DNA of 64,000 nt, taken from positions 1,664,001 through 1,728,000 of the forward strand of contig OY843592.1 in the NCBI GenBank assembly GCA_963692865.2. Reading direction: 5' to 3'. This DNA comes from a bacterium. Lineage in GTDB: Bacteria; UBA8248. Shown here in pieces: positions 53,458 through 60,373 of the stretch. How positions within the stretch are numbered: the stretch's first letter is position 1; every line of letters starts with the position of its first letter. The notes beneath the pieces are model-generated. The model saw only the letters and a list, made by a program, of their open reading frames with translations, made no database searches and was not told where the DNA came from. The translations under genes and the position numbers were made by a program.

Positions 53458-53652
53458 GGCGAAATTCTCTGGCGGCGGGGCGAAGCTTCTCAGGGAAAAT
53501 TACCATTTCAGAGCAAGAAGGTTCCAGCGCTGGGAATTCACACGCCATATACCTACCAGAGCGTTACCTCAACGCTGGCGCGAGAGTGCTTGAAAATACA
53601 GGCTTTCCGGCGCAGTTACTTCCCCGTGCGCCTCATTTTGGAGAAAACGAAA

Positions 53653-54039
53653 TCAGCCGCGCTGGGCCATTTCGATGCTGATGTTGTCGGGACCCTTGAT
53701 GAAGGCGATTTTCACCCCCGGGCGTATCTCCCAGGGCTCGCAAATCCACTCGGCGCCCTTTTCGGTCAACTCTTTTTGCGCCTCATCCATGTCGTCGACC
53801 AGGAGCCCGAAATGATCCAGCCCGTAGCGGGGTTCGGAGCCGGTCCGCACCGGGTCTTCTCCTTCCGCCCTGCCCGAGACGAGAAACACCATGCCGTTCA
53901 GGTCCATGTTGAACGACGGAGCGCCGCCCAGCTTTCTTTCCTCCAGGACGGTGGCGCCGAACATGTCGATCCAGAAATCGCGGGCGGCGTGCGGGTCTTC
54001 GCTCCTGAAGTGGAGATGGTCGTATGAGTATCTGGCCAT
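53653..54039 (-). CDS. VOC / glyoxalase family protein
   Basis: DHLH, GLDHFG, FIKGPDNISIE. Confidence 0.9.
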   Translation of the reverse strand: MARYSYDHLHFRSEDPHAARDFWIDMFGATVLEERKLGGAPSFNMDLNGMVFLVSGRAEGEDPVRTGSEPRYGLDHFGLLVDDMDEAQKELTEKGAEWICEPWEIRPGVKIAFIKGPDNISIEMAQRG

Positions 54040-54163
54040 GCGGGAATCCCCTCTCGATAAGCTGTGAACTTCGGGTTCGATGCGTGTCCGGTCGTCTATC
54101 GGCTTGATAAGCCTTGGATTCTAAGGATTGCGGCCAGGAGCGGCAAGGGGCTGGATTCCAGGT

Positions 54164-54805
54164 CTAGCCGGGTCCGCCCTCTTCTTCCTGTATGAGTTTC
54201 TCCGCCTCGGCCATCTCGTGGAATAGAGCGCAGGTAGCCGAGAAATCCCTCTCCAGCTTGTCGAAAAGCTCCCGGATTTGCCCGGGTGAGACGACTTTCG
54301 AGAGTTGGCCGTGGACCGCCTGCCAGGCGGGCGTACCGTGGTCGCCGCGCTGAAAATCCGTTTCTTCGCTCGCCGTTATGGCGTCGTAGACCTCGTGTTC
54401 GTGTTCGAGTATATCCCGGAGCACCGGTTCGTAGTTCGGGTCGTCGGATTCAAGATATCGCATGAGGTAGTGCCTGAATTCCGGCTCTTTTTCCACCGGC
54501 TGCGGGTCGGACATCTCGCGCAGAACCCGGCACGTGGCGGAGAAATCCTTCTCCAGGCGCTCGAAAAGCTGCTCGATGTGGAAGGGGGTGAGAATGTCCG
54601 TAAGTTCCGTAAAAACAACGTGCCACATGTGGGGAAGCCGCTCCCCGCGGGTCGATTCCGCGCCCTCGCCGACGGTGCTCTCGTCATAGACTTCATGCTC
54701 GTGTTCGAGCAGATCCATGAGCACCGGCTCGTAGTTCGGGTCGGCCGAATGGAGGTAGCGCATGAGATAGGGCTTGAATTTCCGTACCTTATGGCGTCTG
54801 GGCAT
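54164..54805 (-). CDS. Hypothetical protein made of two 100-aa repeats
   Basis: YLMRYLxSxDPNYEPVLxDxLEHEHEVYD...LFxxLExDFSATC occurs twice; 300-bp DNA period. Confidence 0.8.
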   Translation of the reverse strand: MPRRHKVRKFKPYLMRYLHSADPNYEPVLMDLLEHEHEVYDESTVGEGAESTRGERLPHMWHVVFTELTDILTPFHIEQLFERLEKDFSATCRVLREMSDPQPVEKEPEFRHYLMRYLESDDPNYEPVLRDILEHEHEVYDAITASEETDFQRGDHGTPAWQAVHGQLSKVVSPGQIRELFDKLERDFSATCALFHEMAEAEKLIQEEEGGPG

Positions 54806-54922
54806 CGCGTCTTTTCCTATACGGGATCCTTGAAAGTAAAGCACCCATTATACCACCAAACCAGCTGCCTCGCTCGGGAAAATCATTCCCCGGGCGCTTA
54901 CCCTCTTCCATGCCGAGGAGCG

Positions 54923-55777
54923 CTATTGCGGCCGATGTCCACCGAAGGCCCCGGCGATGCCGGAGCGCTCGAATATCCCGCCGACCTCTTCCTGGTTCGG
55001 CCCGTAGAAATTGCCCTCGATCGTGTCGCCGACCGCGCCGCGCCGGGCAAAGCCCCCGTCCTTGACCGCCATGCCGGTCCAGTTCATGTCGCCGTAGGTC
55101 GCGCCCGTATGCGCGTTGGACAAGTCCGTGAAGGTGACGTCCGCCTGCATCCCCGACTGCTCCATCTTGACGGAGACCGCCGCGTCGCCCTGGATGACGG
55201 ACTCCAGGCTGGACGTGACGCTGGAGTCCCGCCCGACGACGAAACCACGCCATTGCGCGCCGCCTTCGGGCGCCGCCGGGTTTTCGCCCGCGCCGTTGCC
55301 CAGCGTGTACGAGTAGAAGACGGTGGTACCGTAATTCGGGTTTTCCTTGTCCGTGAACAGGTTGGCCTGCGAGGCGAAGAAGCCGTGCTGCATCCACCCG
55401 CCGAACACCGTGACGTCGGTGTCATTCACGTTGGCGCCTTCCGAATCGCCGCGCTCCACGACGAGCCGCACGCCGTTCCTCCCGGGCAGAACCTCCAGGT
55501 CCACGTTCGAGGTGCTGAAATTCTTCGTGGAGAAAACGCGGCCGAACCCAAGGGAGCAACTCGCCTCACGGCACACGGTGGGCACGCGCTCCGCGGTCGT
55601 CGCACCGGCGCGGTAGCCCAGCGCGTCTCCGAAGAGAATGATGTTGGCGTTCCCGGCTATCCTGGCGTAGTCCGACCGCGCAATCTGCTCCGCCGTCGGA
55701 CGACCGCCGCTGTTCAGACACCCTGCCAGCGTGACCAGGGAAAGCGCCGTCAAGACTAGAATCGCTAATGTCCTCAT
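54923..55777 (-). CDS. Lipoprotein with TbpB-like C-terminal beta-barrel
   Basis: Lipobox LAGC after a hydrophobic leader; GNFYGPNQEEVGGIF...GAFGG; GGAGG RBS. Confidence 0.82.
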   Translation of the reverse strand: MRTLAILVLTALSLVTLAGCLNSGGRPTAEQIARSDYARIAGNANIILFGDALGYRAGATTAERVPTVCREASCSLGFGRVFSTKNFSTSNVDLEVLPGRNGVRLVVERGDSEGANVNDTDVTVFGGWMQHGFFASQANLFTDKENPNYGTTVFYSYTLGNGAGENPAAPEGGAQWRGFVVGRDSSVTSSLESVIQGDAAVSVKMEQSGMQADVTFTDLSNAHTGATYGDMNWTGMAVKDGGFARRGAVGDTIEGNFYGPNQEEVGGIFERSGIAGAFGGHRPQ

Positions 55778-56279
55778 GCGTCGTTTTCCTCCATGTTTGT
55801 TTTGCCGATGTTGTTCGTTTTTGCGTTTCTTGTTGGTCTTCACAGCGCCTTCGTGTGTTCCCGTCGCCGGGCGTCGCGCCGATGGAAGTCCCGGCGTATG
55901 ACAGAAAGCCCGCACCCGGCCACGCCGCATTGCGCGGCCCCGACGATACCGGCGACCCACACGGAGGCTCGTTGCACTGCGAGGGTTGCGGTTCCGTCAT
56001 TCGATTTTTCCCGTAAGCCCCTGCGGAATAACTTACCCAACCAGTCGTGCCCAGAGCGCACGGAAGGGCAAAGCACCTCCTCGGCGTATCTCGTCGAAAG
56101 CGCTGATTTTTCGCATACCCGGTTCCCGACCGCTCTGCTTTTCGTCTCGGAATTACTTACCCCTTCAGGGGGAAGTAACGAAGGCTCAATTATAATAAGA
56201 ATAATGAAATTTCAGGGGAGAATAAAGAAAAATCTCACTGTCTGGCCAGCCGGCGATCCGACGAGAAAGCCGCCGCGTT

Positions 56280-56468
56280 TCAACGGTTCTGCGAAGCGGA
56301 CAGGGCGGGGGTGCGGTGGATGAATTCCCGAAGCGCCTCGTTCCGGTCTTCCGGTCCCGCCATGGTTTCTTGATGTCGATCTTCCTTCGCGTGCGCTCTC
56401 CCCTGAACTGCGCCGCCGGTTTGTTGTATGATGGACGCGGGAGCAGAGGTTTCACGCCCCTCCGGCAT
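56280..56468 (-). pseudogene. Possible degenerate paralog of the small protein at 2-208
   Basis: RAHAKEDRHQETM..EALREFIHRT resembles RAADSERRHEQNM..MRALIE..LIERT; hydrophobic segment missing. Confidence 0.3.
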
Positions 56469-56535
56469 CGCCCGGGGTGGGCCGTGAGTCGCGTGTGGCC
56501 GTCTACACGACTACCAGTTCAATCATGACAGGGAG

Positions 56536-57663
56536 ATGACGATGGAAGATGTGCGCGTGGAGCGGATGGCGGAGATCATCACGGGGTATTCCTCAAAAAT
56601 TAAGCGGGGCGATCTCGTGGGCATCCGGGGCAGCACGGCCGCCGCTCCCCTGGTTCGCGCGCTCTACGCCGAGTGCGTCCGGCGCGGCGCGCATGTCTAC
56701 ACCGAGATGTCGCTGCCGGGGCTGGAAGAGATTTTCTATGAGCACGCCACCCGCAGGCAGCTGGAATATCTCTCGCCCTTGAGGAAGTTCGAAGTCGAAA
56801 ACGTGGACGTCGTCATCTCCATACTCTCTGAGACGAACACCCGGCGGCTCTCGGGCGCGGATCCCAGAAAACAGGCGATGGCTTCGAAGGCCAGGCAGCC
56901 CGTCATGGAAACCTTCATGAAGCGCGCCGCGGAGCATGAAAAGAAGGGCAAGGGGGGCCTCCGGTGGACGCTCACCCTTTTCCCCACCGAAGCCTACGCC
57001 CAGGACGCGGAGATGGGGATCAGGGAATACGAGGATTTCGTCTTCGGCGCGTGCTTCGCAAACGAGGAAGGCGGCATCAGGCGCTGGCGGGCGCAGGACA
57101 GGCGTCAGGCGCGGGTCATCCGCTACTTGAAGGGTCGTAAACTCGTGGAAATCGGCGCGCCGGGCACGGATCTCCGGGTCGGCATCGCGGGTCGTCCGTT
57201 CATGAACTGCTCGGGGCACAACAATTTCCCGGACGGCGAAGTCTTCACCGGCCCGCAGGAGAAGAGGATCGACGGCAAGATCCGCTATTCCTTCCCCGCC
57301 TGCATCCAGGGGCGCGAGGTGGAGGGCGTGGAACTCGAATTCGCGAAGGGCGAGGTCGTGAAGGCGACGGCCCAGAAGAACGAGGCGTTCCTGAAATCCA
57401 TGATCGGCATGGACGACGGCGCCAGGAGGGTGGGAGAGTTCGCCTTCGGCCTGAACGCCGGCATCCAGCGTTTTACGAAGAACACGCTGTTCGACGAGAA
57501 GATCGGCGGCACCCTGCACCTGGCCCTCGGCAAGGGCTACCCCCAGAGCGGATCGAAAAACAACTCCGCCCTGCACTGGGACATGGTGTGCGATTTAAGG
57601 GACGGCGGCGAGGTCTATGTGGACGGAAAGCTCTTCTCGAAAGACGGCGAACTCCAGATTTAG
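56536..57663 (+). CDS. Aminopeptidase (M29, AmpS/PepS family)
   Basis: NFPDGEVFTGP, GEFAFG.N, LFDEKIGGTLHLALG, SALHWD. Confidence 0.94.
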   Translation: MTMEDVRVERMAEIITGYSSKIKRGDLVGIRGSTAAAPLVRALYAECVRRGAHVYTEMSLPGLEEIFYEHATRRQLEYLSPLRKFEVENVDVVISILSETNTRRLSGADPRKQAMASKARQPVMETFMKRAAEHEKKGKGGLRWTLTLFPTEAYAQDAEMGIREYEDFVFGACFANEEGGIRRWRAQDRRQARVIRYLKGRKLVEIGAPGTDLRVGIAGRPFMNCSGHNNFPDGEVFTGPQEKRIDGKIRYSFPACIQGREVEGVELEFAKGEVVKATAQKNEAFLKSMIGMDDGARRVGEFAFGLNAGIQRFTKNTLFDEKIGGTLHLALGKGYPQSGSKNNSALHWDMVCDLRDGGEVYVDGKLFSKDGELQI

Positions 57664-57761
57664 CCGGACGGATGAAACCCCATTCTCATAGGTCTCGGGG
57701 ATAGCCGCAAAACCTTCAAGATGCTATTCTCCACGCGCCGTTTTTCGATACACACCTAAAG

Positions 57762-57837
57762 GGGCGGGTAGCTCAGCTGGAAGAGCGGTGCCCTTACAAG
57801 GCATAGGTCGGAGGTTCGAACCCTCTCCCGCCCACCA
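57762..57837 (+). tRNA. tRNA-Val(TAC), copy 1
   Basis: GGGCGGG/CCCGCCC acceptor stem, TAGCTCAGCTGG D arm, loop CTTACAA, GGTTCGAACC T arm, encoded CCA. Confidence 0.97.
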
Positions 57838-57850
57838 ATTAGTGGATGAA

Positions 57851-58598
57851 TCAATTCCGGATTCCACTCCGTCGACTGACGCGATTCAGGCGACGCTCAA
57901 AATACCTGCGGAACACTTCGTTTTCGGGATAGGCTTCCGGCTCCGCCCAAATCGATCCGATTCGTCCAACCAGCCCCGCAATCCAATCGGCGGCCTGTAT
58001 GGTTTGATAGCGGTGGCTCTCCAGATGAAACGGCTGCTCTATCAGACTTCGGTACGACCGAATTCCATACATGCTTTGCGCCGCTTTGATAAGTAAAGCC
58101 GAGCTGTGCACGTGTTCGTCGAGAGCCAAAAGAAAATTATCCGGCGGCTTGCAATCTACTGCGCAGAACCCATCAATCCGTTTGATTGCCTCAACGAGTA
58201 TCCGTTCGTAGAGCTGATTTGGCTTGTGAAGATCAGGGTCGTCGCTTTTCTTGACTCCAACGTAGAACACGAAACCGCCGAGTTTTCTGATCTTGTTGAA
58301 CAAGCGGTTTGTGAATGTTCGCAATTCAGGGTACTTGTTTACATTGGTTGCCGTATAAAGACTGGCCCCCTTTTTCTCCCACTGGGCAGGATTTTTTCCC
58401 GATAGTTTAATCTCGAAATCGAGCAATTCGCATTTGCGCTGAAAAAACCATGTCCCGAACCCACGTACTTCATCAGATGGAAGTACGAAGCCGGCAAGGC
58501 CAAACACGGGGCTGTCATTGTGTGTCGGGTGGCTCCGACTTCCGACTGATATAAGGTCCGATATGTCCAAATTCGTCAAGATAGGCGATGTAAGTCAA
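57851..58598 (-). pseudogene. DUF3800-family protein (RNase H-like), frameshifted by a 7-bp duplication
   Basis: TTG start gives MTYIAYLDEFGHIGPYISR; removing one AGTCGGA copy joins SHPTHNDSPVFGLAG...LALDE...QAADWIAG (246 aa); visibly lower GC than flanks. Confidence 0.85.
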
Positions 58599-58614
58599 TG
58601 ATCGACCCAAGAAC

Positions 58615-58695
58615 GCAAAAACGCGAAAACCCACGCCGGAGCGTGGGTCTCGGAATGAAGGGTAATCCTGTCATGACAGACAGGAATACGTCTCA
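58615..58695 (-). ncRNA. Candidate DUF3800-associated structured RNA or leader with terminator
   Basis: Hairpin UCCUGUC/GACAGGA, then AGACCCACGC-UCCG-GCGUGGGUUU and U-rich tail, between a promoter and the DUF3800 start. Confidence 0.55.
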
Positions 58696-58701
58696 AGGAG
58701 A

Positions 58702-58730
58702 TATATAAGTCATCGTATTGACATTGTCAA
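58702..58730 (-). promoter_or_regulatory. Promoter for the RNA-DUF3800 unit with a palindromic -35 region
   Basis: Minus-strand TTGACA, 17-bp spacer, TATATA; TTGACA-T-TGTCAA palindrome at 58718-58730. Confidence 0.6.
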
Positions 58731-58783
58731 ACGGGGCCTTCAGGAGATTGTTGAAAAAGTTCCCTCGATGCGGGAAAACCACC

Positions 58784-58919
58784 GTCATTCCGGCGAAAGC
58801 CGGAATCCATTTTTACGCCTTTTGCTTTTCGTCGGGGTTCCCGCGCATCGCCGGGGAAGGAAATGCCGCGGTGTATCCACCCGCATCCGCAAATGGATTC
58901 CGGCTTTCGCCGGAATGAC
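58784..58919. repeat. Inverted pair of GTCATTCCGGCGAAAGCCGGAATCCA palindromic repeats (dRS3/RPE-like)
   Basis: Forward copy at 58784-58809; exact reverse complement at 58894-58919. Confidence 0.9.
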
Positions 58920-58939
58920 GAACAAAGCTGCATTCGCTC

Positions 58940-58991
58940 GTAGGGGCGGTTCGCGAACTGTGGGACAACCCCGAGGAGGGGTTGTCACTAC
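58940..58991. repeat. GTAG-family REP doublet (hybrid or degenerate)
   Basis: GTAGGGGCGGTTCGCGAAC...GACAACCCC-GAGGA-GGGGTTGTC-ACTAC. Confidence 0.7.
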
Positions 58992-59045
58992 AATCCCATC
59001 GTTTCGAACCTTCATTTATCAGGACTTTTTCAACAACCCCCACAG

Positions 59046-59121
59046 GGGCGGGTAGCTCAGCTGGAAGAGCGGTGCCCTTACAAGGCATAGGTCGGAGGTT
59101 CGAACCCTCTCCCGCCCACCA
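59046..59121 (+). tRNA. tRNA-Val(TAC), copy 2 (identical to copy 1)
   Basis: Same 76-nt sequence including CCA. Confidence 0.96.
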
Positions 59122-59147
59122 ATGCAAAATGGCTTGGCAGAGTCGGG

Positions 59148-59567
59148 CTATTGGAAGATCAACTGCCAAGAAACACCGAATCGATCCTGCACCCAGGCGT
59201 ATTTCCGGCTGAACTCATAACTGTCCAGAGGCATCAGCACGGCTCCATCGTCTGAGAGGCGCGCGGCCAGGCGCTCGACTTCCGCCTCCGTGCCGGATGT
59301 CACAAAAAGCGAAACGGAAGGGGTGAAGCCGAAGTCATGTTTCACCGGAGAGTCGAAGCAGCGCATCGCACGGCCTGCGAGCGTGAATTGCGCCGACTTG
59401 ATCTTTCCCGCAGCACCTGGTTCGTCCTTTCCCCAACGCTCGACGCTATCCACCGAGCTCTCCGGAAAGGATTCGACGTAAAACCGCATCGCCTCTTCGG
59501 CGTCGCCTTCGAACATCAGGCAGGGTGCGATTCGGGGAGACTCCAGTGGCGCTTCTCTTGTCATCAT
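59148..59567 (-). CDS. VOC family, PhnB / 3-demethylubiquinone-9 3-methyltransferase-like
   Basis: PCLMFEGDAEEAMRFY, FTPSVSLFV, MPLDSY.FS, WVQDRFGVSWQL. Confidence 0.92.
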   Translation of the reverse strand: MMTREAPLESPRIAPCLMFEGDAEEAMRFYVESFPESSVDSVERWGKDEPGAAGKIKSAQFTLAGRAMRCFDSPVKHDFGFTPSVSLFVTSGTEAEVERLAARLSDDGAVLMPLDSYEFSRKYAWVQDRFGVSWQLIFQ

Positions 59568-59819
59568 GGCACTCCTGAGGATGGGCTCTTACGAATCGAA
59601 TTTGCTGGTTGGTTTCTTAAATTTCCGACCGCTCCATCATGGGTTGTTGAAAACCCCTTTCGCTCTCGGAAATTTCCCTCACAACCGGCCCTGCTGCGGA
59701 CTGCGCCCTTGAACAGCATAGCCAATCGACGAGAAAAAAAGAATCACTCCCCCCTTGAGGGGTCGGGCATCCCGAGGGGAATGCCCGATGAAAAATCCCC
59801 TCGATGCGGGAAAACCACC

Positions 59820-60058
59820 GTCATTCCGGTGTCGGAGCCGACCAAGGCGGGAGGGTTCGTCGGAATCCATTTTATGATTTTTGCTTTCGTTTTTGCATTT
59901 GATTCCGACTCGCGGGAGGGAGCGCCGCGCCCGAATCCGGAACGGATGAGGTGGATATATATGGCGGCGTTCGTATCTTCCCCGGCCGGGAGCGAGGACG
60001 GCCGGGCGAAGGGCCAAAGACAAAGGCGAAAATGGATTCCGGCTTTCGCCGGAATGAC
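59820..60058. repeat. Second GTCATTCCGG...GGAATCCA inverted pair
   Basis: Left copy has an expanded loop; right copy TGGATTCCGGCTTTCGCCGGAATGAC is exact; shares upstream CCCTCGATGCGGGAAAACCACC with the first MITE. Confidence 0.85.
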
Positions 60059-60373
60059 GAGCAAAGGCCGCTTCTGCGAACCAAGGATTTTCGTGTAGGG
60101 GTCGCATACGGGGTTATTGAACAAGCCTCTAGGAACGAGGGTTTGACGCGACCGATGAAGGAGGAAAAATCACTCCCCCCTTGCAGAGCGACCAACAACC
60201 ACTCCCCGCTTGAGGGGGAGTCGGTGAACTAAGGGCGTAAGCCCGCAAGTGAACCGGAGGGGGGTATAATTCGGAATGGCGATATAACGCATTTTACCCC
60301 CCACCGAATCGGCCTTCGCACAAACCGCTCGGCCTCTTCGTCGGGCTTTCCCCTCAGGAAGCCCGACCCTCAA

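Larger units (their letters stand above)
58744..59040. mobile_element. Non-autonomous composite MITE with IS1182-like ends
   Basis: GAGATTGTTGAAAAAGT...ACTTTTTCAACAACCCC ends resemble the TIRs of the IS at 60374; internal palindromic repeats; no credible ORF. Confidence 0.75.

Noticed and set aside
55780-56200. Cobalamin riboswitch ahead of the lipoprotein
   Set aside because: No B12-box or GCCACUG motifs found on the minus strand.
58718-58745. Plus-strand TTGACA as the ancestral promoter of tRNA copy 2
   Set aside because: Removing the MITE in silico gives no -10 box at a suitable spacing.
58744-60373. CRISPR array
   Set aside because: Repeats are inverted pairs with irregular spacing rather than direct repeats with uniform spacers; no cas genes in the window.
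58718-60373. Short ORFs across the repeat mosaics (VIPAKAGIH and WIPAFAGMT peptides)
   Set aside because: They are translations of the palindromic repeats, not credible genes.
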